Below are positions 1 to 10,857 of a stretch of DNA of 20,000 nt, piece by piece; position 1 is the first letter of the stretch; the number at the start of each line of letters is the position of its first letter. The notes beneath the pieces were generated by a model. That model saw nothing but the letters and a program-made list of their open reading frames with translations. It had not been told where the DNA came from and made no database searches. A program made the position numbers and the translations under genes. The DNA is from Emiliania huxleyi CCMP1516 (lineage: Eukaryota). The stretch is from the NCBI RefSeq assembly GCF_000372725.1, contig NW_005201123.1, positions 301,679-321,678 on the forward strand, written 5' to 3'.

Positions 1-462
1 CTGTGATTTGGTTTCGACATTTTCCTACAATCGCGAGAGAGCCCGTCCCGTCCAGCTTCGCAGTGCCTTGCTGATGAGCCAAGTCGCGCTCCTCATCTCG
101 CTTGCCTTCAACCAGTGCAGCGTTTGTCCGACAAATACCAGACAAATGCGACTCGACCAGTTTTGCCATCTGCCAGTGTCGCAGCCGCTCAAGCGCCGGC
201 CGCGGGGAGAGGCCGGGGCCGCGGTCGAGGGGGCCCATGGTCGCGCCGCCCCGCTCCGCCCCGCCCGCCGCCGCGCCGCGCCGCCGCCCGATGATTATTA
301 AGTAATAATGAATTAACAAATAATTAATTACCCCACCCGCCGCCGCGCCGCCCCGCCCTGCGCCGCCCGCTGCCTCGCCACGCCGCCGCCTCGCGCTGCC
401 CGCCGCCGCGCCGCTCCGCCGCCCGAGGATTAATATTTAATAATTATTACCCGATTAATAAC

Positions 463-494
463 GTGTGTGTGTTTGTGTGTGTGTGTCTGTGTGT
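463..494. repeat. Imperfect (GT)n microsatellite
   Basis: GTGTGTGTGTTTGTGTGTGTGTCTGTGTGT. Confidence 0.9.
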
Positions 495-764
495 TTGCCT
501 GATGGCAGTGAAGTCCAAGGCAGCGGCGAGCGGCAGGTGGCGTCGGCGACGTACTCAGGACACGATGGCGAAGCCCACAGCGCAGCATGCGCGGCAGCAG
601 CTCGCCGGCGGCCCGCGTACTCGACCCCTAAATAAACTCAAAGTCCACCACAGCCTCCAGCCACCGCCTCCACCCTCGAGCCGCCACCGCTGCCGCTCTC
701 GACGCCGCCCACCGCGTCAGATTCCAGCGACGCGCGCGGTGAGCCGAGTCGCGGAGCCACGCCG

Positions 765-787
765 CACCAGCAGCAGCATCAGCACCA

Positions 788-820
<33 letters not shown>

Positions 821-822
821 CC
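765..822. repeat. Imperfect (CAG)n microsatellite
   Basis: CAGCAGCAG... run with CAC/CAT interruptions. Confidence 0.9.
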
Positions 823-1732
823 AGAGAGAGAATAGCGCCTGCCGCTCTCACGCAGCCCGCAATCCTCCTGCCGTGCGCGATCGACGCTCGCAGACCTCCG
901 CGTATAGCACCGCGCAGTCTCCTCGAGGACCAACGCAGTCCAATCCACCAGTGCAGGATGTTTACAGCAGTGCAGCATGAGGCGCCCGCAGAAGCGCTCG
1001 CAGAGCGGTGCGCAGTTTCCTCAATTGGCTTGATTTTGCTTAGTAGAAAAAAGAATAGCGCCGGCCGCGAGCCGTCGGAGCGGGCATTTCGAAGTGGTCA
1101 GCGGGCATTTCGAAGTGGTGTGGCGGCAGGCTGCCACCGCTGCCCGGGCGCCCCGAGCGGCGGCGGAGGGCCGCCCAGGCCACCACCAGTGCCCCTCCCA
1201 CCGGCGGCGCGGCGGCAGCGGTGCCGACCGCCCCTCCATCAGCGGCGGCGCGACGGCTGTCGTCGGGGCGCCGGCAGGTGCCGCGCGCAGATCGTGCCAC
1301 CGGACCGGCCGACGCGCGCCCGGCGGAGCCTTCGTCGTCCACGGCGGGCCGAGCACCCCCGCGTCGCTTCTCGGCGCATTGGAGAGCAGAGGAAGCTGCT
1401 GGCGTCGCCGCTGGGATCGGCGGCGGCGCCAGCAGCGTTCTCGGATCTGAAGCCGACTTTGAGCGCCGATCGATCGATCTGAGGGCTTGCCGATGGGTGG
1501 CGCTGGGACATCGCCGCCGCCGCGGAGGCCGGCGGCGACCAGAGGAGCGGTTGGGGCGCGTGGCGCATATGTTACCTGCCAAGTGAGCCTGCAAGTGTGT
1601 TTCGAGATTTATTCGAGATTTGAAACTTAGATTTCACTTTTCAGTGGGGAGGTGGCAGACCTGATCTTAGAATCGCTCACGCGCCTCGCCACCCACCGCG
1701 TATTCGTGCTTTTTTTCCGCACAAGCAAAACC

Positions 1733-2020
1733 ATGGCTGCCGAAGGTAACGTGGTGGGTTTGCCCTCCCCTGCCGCCACAATTCCGCCGCAAAGGGGGGA
1801 TGCTCCCGAGTGAGAGGGGGGGAGGGCCCCCCCCCCCCCCCCGCCCGCGCCCTTCCTTCTGCGCAGTACATGGCAAAGCTTGCTGAGCAAGCCGAGCGGT
1901 ATGAGGAAATGGTGGAGTTTATGAGGGTGGTCGCCCAGTCCAAGTCCGAGGACCTCAATTTGGAGGAGCGCAACTTGCTGTCTGTTGCCTACAAAAACGT
2001 CGTGGCGCTCGCCGTGCTCC
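1733..2020 (+). CDS. 14-3-3 protein, 5' part (exon 1 1733-1753, intron 1754-1866, exon 2 from 1867 into the gap)
   Basis: Splicing GTGGGT(1754)...GCGCAG(1866) gives [26 protein letters not shown]...[18 protein letters not shown], the hallmark 14-3-3 N-terminus. The expected GARRAS continues in a shifted frame just before the gap. Confidence 0.95.
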
Positions 2021-2120
2021 NNNNNNNNNNNNNNNNNNNNNNNNNNNNNNNNNNNNNNNNNNNNNNNNNNNNNNNNNNNNNNNNNNNNNNNNNNNNNNNN
2101 NNNNNNNNNNNNNNNNNNNN
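2021..2120. other. Assembly gap (100 N)
   Basis: Run of N. Confidence 1.
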
Positions 2121-3590
2121 GCTTCACCGTAGCATTAAAATTTTATTGATGTATGATTCATTAGGGTCCCCACAGGGCCCAAAAAAAGAAAAGAAAAAAG
2201 AAATGGGCCACCCCAGATCGCAGCACTTCGTGTTGGCCAGTCGAGATATTGAGAGTGTGACTAGGAGGGAGGGACGCTGGGGATTCTCAAAGGTATACCC
2301 TTGGAATGGCCGGATCCAGCCTTAAAAGTACGAGATCGCGCGCGCTTCGCGCGCTGCACCGCCTGTTCTCCGCGGCTGAGTGACGACGCGTGCCGTGTGC
2401 CACCAGAGTTGGGCGCGCGCGGCGCGACGGCGCCCGCGAGGGAAGGCGCGGGTGCAGCGGCCGCCGGCGGCCGTACCGCCCGCCAGCCGGCGCAGCAGCG
2501 GCCAGCGCAGCGGCCGCCGGCGCAGCAGCCAGAGCAGCCGGTGCGCGCCTTGCGAGGCGAGTACTGCCGTCCGGCAGCCTTGAGGCGGCCGGGCGGCAGT
2601 ACTCGTTCGAACTTTGCGAGCCGTGCGCGCGCCGAGGCGCCCGCGGCGCGCGCCCGCCCGGCTGCCAGTAGGAGGCGGCGCAATATGGCCTATAGTACAG
2701 CCCTTGAGGAGGAGGAAGAGGCTGGCTGGCAGTGCTGTATGCCGCCGAGGGGCAGTTTTTGGGTGCTGTCACGGGCCCAGGGGGCTGCAGAACGCGTCCG
2801 CAGCCGGGACAACCCGCCCCCCCAGCCGAGGCCGGTCGAATCCCACTTGGTCACAGCCATGAGGAGTCCTCTTGGTGCTCCTGGCGGCCGTTGGAATGGC
2901 GAGCGCGCGCCGATGGGGGGGGGGGGGGTCTTGCTTGCTCCACACCGAGCGCCATCGGTCCGGACCGGCGTGACCACCGAGGGGTGGCCTGCACAAGGTC
3001 TGAGCCGCGGGCGCTCGGCGCCAAGTGCAGTGTCACGCTCGCGCTCGCGCGTGACAAACCGGGGAACCCTCGTTTCCTATGTACTCGGTCCCCCAACGGA
3101 AGAGGCCTCTCTCCTATTGGAACTGGCCAACATCAGATTTGCCTCGTGCGTCCCTTTTTGAGCCGGAAAGCTATTTTCTTTTGGGTCCTGTGGGCACCCT
3201 ATGTATGTTACAGGTGGGTTAAGAGGGAGATGTGCGCGAGCTGCGCAATGCGAGGGCGGCGGGCACCGACGGCTCAGCCGAGTCGGGTCGGTAAAGCCCT
3301 CCCACTGTTCTTCGGTGGCTCTGTCGCGAGACGGTTGGCCGATCGGAATCCATTAACTACGACGTGGAGTTCATCCCCGATGAACGACTCATGGTCAAAT
3401 TGCCCATCTCGACTTGCCCGTTGTCAACATCACTAGGGAGATTTGATTGGCGCTGGCGCCTGCTGTTGACAAGTGGGATCATCTGGCTTCCGGAATACTT
3501 CCGCGAAGCTGCCCCCAGCAGGCGTTTGACCAAAATCCAAATTTCCCTACTCCAGTTGAGGCGGCCCTCGGACCCGAGAAATTCTTATTC

Positions 3591-3720
3591 TTTCTGGCAC
3601 TAAACAACACACAGGTACCCACGTGAGCCACAAAAAAGATTTTTTGAATCAAAAAGAATGATGTGCTTTCTGGGCACGGCGTCCGGGCGCGCACTGGCAC
3701 GAACACAAGTACACCACGGG
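3591..3720 (-). repeat. Two degenerate copies of the same 44-bp repeat family
   Basis: CTGGGCACGGCGTCCGGGCGCGCACTGGCACGAACACAAGTACACCACGGG at 3670-3720 and CTGGCACTAAACAACACACAGGTACCCACG at about 3594-3623. Each is preceded on + by a short T-rich tract. Confidence 0.75.
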
Positions 3721-3833
3721 CGCGAACGGGCACACTACCACGCAAAAAGCGTCTGATGTCCTTCACTGGTCTCACTCAGACTTCGTTCTCTTCACCTTCT
3801 CTCGCTCTATCTCGAACACTCGTCGGCGTCTCC

Positions 3834-4144
3834 TCAAATGTCCATGCCGCCGCCAAGCGGCTGCTCCTCCTCCTCCTCCGCATCCAGCAGCTCGCCCTCC
3901 TCGTCATCATCGAGCACAGCTCCTAAGTCCTCCTCCTCCTCTGACCCGATGCCCGCCCTCTGGCTCCGCACACCGGCCACCGAGGCACCGGCGTTCGTAT
4001 CCGTGGCGTCTGCAGCGTCCTCGTCCGGCATTCCCACAGCCGCCGCGCCGGACGCGCCGCCTAAGCCCGGGAAAGCGCCCGCGGCGCCCGCGGACGGCGG
4101 AGCCAGATCCACTAGGCGCACAGGGCTCTCAAAACGCGGCGGCA

Positions 4145-4185
<41 letters not shown>

Positions 4186-5241
4186 TCTGCTGCCATCCAC
4201 GACTGCTCCTCGCGGTCCTCCTTGGCGGCCATGTCCTCGGGCGGAGCCTCGTGCAAGGCCTCGAGGCCGCCCGCGGCGATGCTGCTACGAAAAGCGTCCA
4301 TGTTTTGCATGAGCGATCCCAGATCCGCCATCGTGGGCCCTCCCACATCGGAGCCAAAGTCTCCGAATTGGGAGGGCGTTGGCAGAGCCTGGTGCCGCCG
4401 CGGCACCACCCGGACGACGTCCACCTCGGCCTCCTCCACCACCTCCCCGTGGTCCAGGACCGGCTGTTTCATCAGCTCTGCCACCTCTCGGTCGGTCGCA
4501 CTCACGGCACTCACGTCGGATGCTGCAAAGGCGGATCCGACAGAGGGGAGCCGACCCAGCAACGCGACTGCCCGCGAGATCGGGTCCGAGTCGATCGTCC
4601 CCGGGTTCGTCAGGGCCCTGAAGCGCCCCGTCTCGCGGGCGCCCTCGGCGTAGCCGCGCTCGTGCCGCGCCTTGTGCGGGGAGCCGACCCAACGCACCGA
4701 AGACGCGGTCGAACCAATCTCCGACTCCTGGTCCTCCCACCTCGCACCAAACCCGGCCGGCGGGGAGCGTTCGGTGGCTTGCACGGCAGCAAACGCGGCC
4801 GGAGCATTTGGCGCAAGCGCCCGCCCAGGCGCCGGCACGGCGACATCGGTTCCGCGCGGCGAAACAGCAGAGCCGCGCTGCTGGCGGTACCCACTCGCGA
4901 TGCGCGCACCTACACGCGTAGCGGGAAGCCAGAGAACGTGAGGGGGCTCGGGGAACAAGCACACACCGGGCCGCCGTCAAGGGCGCGCACGGATGGCGGC
5001 GAGGTCCGCGTCGAACCCTTGCTCTCCGTCGTCGGTCGTCGCCGCCGCCGCCCCGGTCAGCGCCATTTTCTCTGGTGCGCCGTTCAGCCCCTTCTCCGCC
5101 GCTGCTAGAGGGCTCTCGCCGATTGACCAGCGCCATGGAGATGTGAGCGGGGAGACGCGTGCGCGTGCCGGCGTGGCCAAAGGCGTCGCCTCCTGCACTC
5201 TCTCCGCCGCCTCCCGAGGGAGCGCGTAGTCGAGGCCCAAT
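3834..5241 (-). CDS. Hypothetical low-complexity protein, 3' exons (4991-5241 and 3834-4909); possibly the C-terminal part of the FN3 gene
   Basis: Long ORF 3834-4909 with acidic and Pro-rich composition. A phase-compatible intron at 4990-4910 (GTGCGC...GTGTAG) joins LAAI-R-ARIASGY. An AG acceptor at 5243-5242 precedes LGLDYALPRE. No recognisable domain. Confidence 0.55.
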
Positions 5242-5831
5242 CTGCCGCAGACGGTGAAAAGGGTTGCGCGCGCCTATTGAGGACCGGCTCAGCCACCGTG
5301 ACCCAAACATTTCACGCCACAACCGAAACGGCGGGGGTATGAGCGGGCGCGCACGTCGGCGGCGGCGAGGGTCGGGTCGCGCCACGCATCTGCCGTCCGG
5401 CCGGCGGCACCGTGAGCAGCCCTCGAGAACTTGTCCACGGTGGCTTGAACGGCGGGGAGCACCTACAGAGGGGGCGACGCAACAAACCTCCGCGTCCAAG
5501 CCCGTGTGGCGTGGAGAGTGTGCAACTACGACGGGGGGGGGGGGGGGGGGGAAAGGGGTTTCCTCCACAAAAAAGGGGACCCCAAGAATTCCGTGCCCCG
5601 AGGTAAAAAAATCTTTTTTTTTGGACCAACCTCCCCAGGGGGACTTCCCCCCCTCCACCAAAAAAAAAAAAAGCTCCCCCCCCCTTAAATGGGGGTTCGC
5701 CTTGCCGGGCCGCCGCGCCGTTCAAAGCCCCAAAACCCCCAGGGCAAAAGGGCTTTATGGGCGGAGCCGGAACCGGAACCGGACCCGCCCCCGGGAACCC
5801 TGTCCGGCCCCCCCAAAACCCCCCCCCCCAA

Positions 5832-5931
5832 NNNNNNNNNNNNNNNNNNNNNNNNNNNNNNNNNNNNNNNNNNNNNNNNNNNNNNNNNNNNNNNNNNNNN
5901 NNNNNNNNNNNNNNNNNNNNNNNNNNNNNNN
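5832..5931. other. Assembly gap (100 N), with homopolymer-inflated low-quality sequence at about 5530-5831
   Basis: Run of N preceded by long G, A and C homopolymer runs. Confidence 0.95.
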
Positions 5932-8314
5932 TGCCTCACCGTCTGCATATGTCTACAGTCGAAGCCTTGCTCGTCTGGCGACCGCCGCGCCGCGAGCGCG
6001 ACGACGCCCGGCGTCATTTGTGCCCACGCGTCATCGGTGCTGCAGCCCGGGGCGACGCAGCGCAGCACGCCGCGGCTCGCGTTGAGCAGAGGGGCGATGG
6101 CACCAGAGAGCAACGCGACGGCGACGGAGCGGTGCTCGCGGCTGGAGCGACTGCCATCCGCCCTCCATCCTCCCCCGACGGCAGCCTCGAGGCCCGCAGC
6201 CAGCGCCTGCGCGCCGGCAGCCCGCGGGAGCTCGACGACGAGAGCGGTGCCTCGCAATCGCGACTCGAGCACGCGAACCCCCGCCGAGGCGGCGACTCCC
6301 GCCACCGACGCCGGGTCCGCCTCACACTCTGCCAGCAGCGGCGCGGCGGGCAGCAATCGCAGCGCCGCGGCAAGCTCCGCGGCAAGGCAAGCGTGCCGGG
6401 CGAGCAACGCGGCGCTGCCGCCGGAGGGGTGCGAAGGCGCCCCGACAGGCAGCGCCGCCGTCTCGACGAGCCACAACTCGATCCACACCGCCGTCGCGCC
6501 CGACGGGGCAGGCAGACGCGCCGACACCGCGCGCGCGGCGGCGCCAGCCGTGCTCACGCCCTCCACATTCAGCGGCACGAGGCGGAAGCCGCAGCCGCGG
6601 GGCGGCGGGCAACGCAGCGTGACGTCCAGCTCGAGCGTGGTTCCGCCGCCTCCGAGCGGGCCAGTAGTGGAACCGTCGCCGCGGTGCGCCGTAGCCGGCA
6701 CCGCCCGCCAGCGGCCCTCTGGCTCTCCGCTGGCGCCATCGTCCACCTCGACCCGCCACCTCACCGGCGCGGCCGCGGCGGCGCGGCAGCGCGGGAAGGG
6801 GTCGCTGGGCGGCAGGACCTCGAAGGAGGCGGAGGAGAGCGCGCGCGCGCGCGGTGGCGCGAGTACCGACGGCGCGGGCCAGCCGGCGAGGCTCGGACCC
6901 ACCTGTGCACCCCAGCGCGTCTGCTTGGCGTGCGGCACTCCCGCCGCGCCCCCGTCCCCTCCCCCGCCCCCACCCTCGGGGAGGGCAGGCTCTCGAAAGG
7001 TGAGCCGCGAACGGACGGTCACTGACTGCAGCGGCCGCAGCCCGCCAACCAGCCACGTGTGCCTCGATGCAGCGCCGCCCGACGAGACCCGGCGCGTCGC
7101 GGCACAAGCGCCCCACGCCCACATGTCCTGCTCCCAAGCGCCCGACGCGGCGGCGCGGCGGCACAGCAGAGATGCGGCGTCGCCGGCGCAAGTTGGCGGT
7201 GCGGGGATCGAGAACTGCGCGGTGCTGCACGCGTCGAACGGCGCGGCGGACTCGGCGGCGGCGAGGGGCGAACCCACGCCGTACCGGCTCGCGTCGAAGC
7301 CCTCGGCGCGCGCCTCGATTGGCCACTCGTCGGGAGGCTCGGCCCGCACCTGCGGAGGGGGGAGACGCAGGGCGGTGAGCTGCTCCTGCGTCCCGCCTCG
7401 CGCCTTTCCCTCGCACAAAAGAATCGCGAACCCGCGTGGTGGTGATGGAGAGGGGGCGGGAGGCGGTCGCCCGACCGCCAACGCCGCTCGCGCCGCGCGG
7501 AGCCACGCGAAGGGAGTAGGTCCACCCCGGCTGCAGGCCGCTCACGCGCGCAGAGAGGCCCGCCGACCGCACCTCGGCCATCTCGGTCGACGCCGGGGCG
7601 CCCGCCTCGGTGGCGGTCGCGACCCCCCGCAAGACGTACTCTGAGGGAGGCGGCGCGTCGAGTGGCCACAGTGGCGGCAGCGGCGGCCGCCAGCTGAAGT
7701 CGATGGAGGTGCAGGAGACGCGGACGACGGAGAGGGAAGATGCGCCCGGCACGCCCCCTCCCGCTGGCGGCGGCTCGGTGACGGGCGGAGAGCAGGGCGC
7801 GCAGGCCAGCGAGAGGAGGGCCGTCTCTGGCTTTGGCGAGGGGCCGAGGCACGCCGCGCAGCTCCGCTCCCAGTGCCAGCTCCCCAGCGGCAGGCCAACG
7901 CCCCCGCCCGCGTCGGCGATGGAGAAGTGGAGTGGGACGGCGTCGGAGGAGGGCGGGGCGGCGCCTGCGGCAGCCGGAGCATCCACGCCTGTTACGGATG
8001 TGTGGGGGGCAGACGGTGGAGAAAAGAAGGTTACGGCGCGCACCCAGAACCCAGCCACCGGCAGCGGCGCTCGAGTGCCACAGGTAGCGCCACGGGTGCA
8101 CTGGGTCCGCGTCCGCGGCGCGCGCCCGGTAGACTCTGCCTTGGCCCAGCGGTGCGAACTCAGCCGCATAGGACGCGTCAGCGGCGGCGCAAGGTGACAG
8201 CCTCACGCCACGCACGCCCACGGCGTACACGCCGTCGTTGCACGGCCGCCCACCGGTCTCTGTGGGACCGAGCGCAAGGCGCACGCACTGGCTGGGTGAG
8301 CAGTCAGCGGACAT
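5932..8314 (-). CDS. Fibronectin type III domain-containing protein (exons 8314-8044, 7988-7432, 7349 to gap)
   Basis: FN3 pattern SLSVVRVSCTSIDFSWRPP...SEYVL...ARVSGLQPGWTYSLRVAPRGASGVG, with a second FN3-like motif WLVGGLRPLQSVTVRSR. Phase-compatible GT-AG introns at 8043-7989 and 7431-7350 join three ORF-track frames. The start codon at 8314 is tentative. Confidence 0.75.
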
Positions 8315-8627
8315 TGGGAGGATTTGACACTATGTGAACGGCGCCCGGGGTTGTGCGTTTACGTGAACGGCGCCTGAAAAAATCCTTTCGTGAGAATTGA
8401 AAACTTTTTAAAAGGGTTGCCCGGCCTGGTAGCTGCGCAAATCTCGCGCTGCGCTAGGCTCAGAGCGAGTTCGCGCTGCGCTAGGCTCAGACGGCGTGCG
8501 TGCGCGGGCCGCCGGGGTGAGGACCACCCCACGCCCACCTCCTTCGGGCTCGGCAGCTTGTTCTACCACTACCTCAGCCCGAAGCTGGGGCCGGTCCCGT
8601 CTAGGCCGTCCGTAGCCGAGAGAGCCC

Positions 8628-9085
8628 TTGGGCTAGAGCAGGTTTGCCTCTCGCACCCCGTCTGTTTTCCTTTCCTTTTTTCTCTACAACACCCTCTCTT
8701 TTCCTCTCTATTTTCCCGGGAAAACTCCGTGGAAATCGTCAAATTTTGGGCGCTGAGCCGAGTCTGAGGCTGGTTTGGGCCCAAAATCAGCCAAATTTTA
8801 GGCCAAATCGGCAAAATGCCGGGAATTTTGCGGAGAACACGTGTATACCTGGATGGAACTTACCCTGCGACCGCCTGGGTATTTTGTCGATTTCCTCAAT
8901 TTTGCCTCAGATTTTGCCCCAGACCAGCTCTCAGACTCAGGGAAACTCGCGACTTTCCAGAATGGAGCACCAAACACCCTCTGTTTTCCCTGGAAATTTC
9001 CGGAAACGCAAAGTGCTGGGGACCCTCTGTTTTCCTTTTTGTTTGCCGGAAAAGTATATACAGGCCAAAACCTGCTCTAGCCCAA
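8628..9085. mobile_element. MITE / non-autonomous hAT-like element (458 bp)
   Basis: Perfect 18-bp TIR TTGGGCTAGAGCAGGTTT (8628-8645 / 9068-9085), flanked by an 8-bp direct repeat GAGAGCCC (8620-8627 and 9086-9093). No transposase recognised. Confidence 0.9.
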
Positions 9086-9355
9086 GAGAGCCCCCCCCCC
9101 GCGTCCCGATGAATTCGCTGGGGGTGGGCGCAGCATTCCCAGCCCTTTGCCAAAGGTCCCTTGGTTTACCCTTGGTTTGAGGGCGGGTTTTGATTAGTAG
9201 AACAGTCCCTTGTGACGCACTGGCTGGGTGAGCAAATACCTGAGGGTCCCTCAGGCGCTCAGCGGCGTGCACCGGACTCTCGAATAAAGGGTGACGTGTC
9301 GTGCTCCTTTGACGTCGCCGGTAACCGAAACATGGTGTCACGCTGGGGCTTGTCT

Positions 9356-10777
9356 CTGAGCCCTGGTGTCGAGGTGTCGAGGCCCGGTGTGGAGGGTGTC
9401 GAGCTGCTGTCGAGGGGTAGAGGTGTCGAGGCCTGTCGAGGCCTGTCGAGGCCTGTCGAGGCTGGTACCACGCTTGTCCGTGTCGAGGGGTGTCGAGGGG
9501 TGTCGAGGGGTGTCGAGGGTGTCGAGCGTGTCGAGCGTGTCGAGCGGGTGTCGCGAGTGTTGTCAAGGGGTTTTGCGTCTAAGGTGTCGAGGTGTCCAAG
9601 GTGGCAGGATGCAGTTGCAGCCCATCAACAAAACTTGGGCAGCAGTTGCAAAGCTGTTTCATCCCTTATAGTTGCAGCCTCTCAGTTGCACCCTGTTGAT
9701 GTAGCACAACCTGAGCACAACCAGTATACTCTCTGTGGACATTTGAGGACATCAAGTGCCGGGCGTCATTGCCACTGTGCACAAAGGTGCTGTGCAGGCG
9801 CAGCACCGCAGCAGCGTCGCCGCTGCAGCGTCGTCGCCCCTGCAGCGCCACCGGCGCACAAAGCGCAACTGACCACAGCGCTCCTTTCACAAGGCTGGTG
9901 CCATGAGTCAGTGGACATTGCCACTGCACAAGGTGCTGTCCAGCAGCTAAGGGCTACAGTACCCCAATGACGATCGGCTGGCGACCCGTTAGGGTCGACA
10001 GTTGAGCTAGGGAGTGTTGCGATGGCCGCCCAAATGCGAACGCAGGAGATAAGTTAATTTGCGGCGACGTTCCGAGGGAAGGATCAAGTCGCCGCCCGGT
10101 TTCATTAGAAGCTCCTTGTCACGTGAAGTTCTACGTGCGTCCACGGGGCCAAGGCGCGGCCGAGCTGTTGGAGAGAGACAGAGGTCTCTCTCGTTGCGCG
10201 TTTCAGCGTCGCCGCCGCTGCAGCGTCGCCGTTGCAGCCGAGCGTCGCCAGTGCACAAAGCGCAATGGACCACAGGTCTGCACTCATGGCACAAGCTCAC
10301 TGGTGTGAGGATTCATTGCCACTGTACAAGGTGCTGTGCAGCACCTGAGGGCTACCTGAGTACTGCCATGTTTGCTACATCAACAGGGGTGCAACTGAGC
10401 CGCAACTTGACCTAGAACTTTTGAGAGGCTGCAACTGAGGGATAAAAGTACTGCCAGCCAAGTATTGCTGCTGCAACCCTGATTTTCTAACTCTGTGACT
10501 CCAAATGGGTCTACGTCTCTGCTGTGTTAGATCATCAGAGGTGTCGAGCCCCCCCCCGGCGGTGTCGAGCGGTTGTCGAGCGGTGTCGAGCGGTGTCGAG
10601 CGGTGTCGAGCGGTGTCGAGGTGTCGAGTTTGGCACCTTGACACGGACGAGCGTGGTACCAGCCTAGATGGTGTCGAGGGGTGTCGAGGGGTGTCGAGGG
10701 TGTCGAGTTGGCATGGGGTGTCGAGGTGTCGAGTTGGTGTCGAGGTTTGGTGTCGAGGTGTCGAGGCCAGGGCTCAG
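9356..10777. mobile_element. Non-autonomous hAT-like TIR element (1422 bp) with subterminal TGTCGAG arrays
   Basis: 11-bp TIR CTGAGCCCTGG (9356-9366) / CCAGGGCTCAG (10767-10777), 8-bp TSD GCTTGTCT (9348-9355 and 10778-10785), and dense TGTCGAG repeats at about 9366-9592 and 10540-10766. Confidence 0.9.
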
Positions 10778-10813
10778 GCTTGTCTAAACAACTCGCCTCT
10801 CTATTTATTTACA

Positions 10814-10857
10814 CTGGGCATGGGACTGGCGCGCACTGGCACTAACACAGGTACACC
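10814..10857 (-). repeat. 44-bp interspersed repeat, probable retroelement 3' end, followed on the minus strand by TGTAAATAAATAG
   Basis: 43/44 identical to the reverse complement of 15920-15963. Confidence 0.85.

Noticed and set aside
71..110. CTGATGAG as a hammerhead ribozyme core
   Set aside because: There is no downstream GAAA with flanking stems.
1079..1119. 21-bp tandem duplication AGCGGGCATTTCGAAGTGGT
   Set aside because: A simple two-copy local duplication with no further structure.
463..1594. Long overlapping ORFs on both strands, possibly a small gene divergent from 14-3-3
   Set aside because: They are Arg/Pro/Ala-rich low-complexity translations with no recognisable domain or supported exon structure.
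2000..2020. Apparent frameshift in 14-3-3 (KNVV then GARRA in another frame)
   Set aside because: It lies within about 20 bp of a contig end, so sequencing error is more likely than pseudogenisation or recoding.
5530..5831. Striking homopolymer-rich stretch
   Set aside because: This is typical low-quality read-end sequence next to a gap.
5689..7644. 651-aa plus-strand ORF and other antisense ORFs
   Set aside because: These are shadow frames of the minus-strand FN3 gene, caused by stop-codon scarcity at high GC.
9366..10766. TGTCGAG arrays, and also the 99-bp repeats, as CRISPR-like arrays
   Set aside because: There are no unique spacers of regular length and no cas genes, and the context is eukaryotic. 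They are explained as subterminal or tandem repeats.
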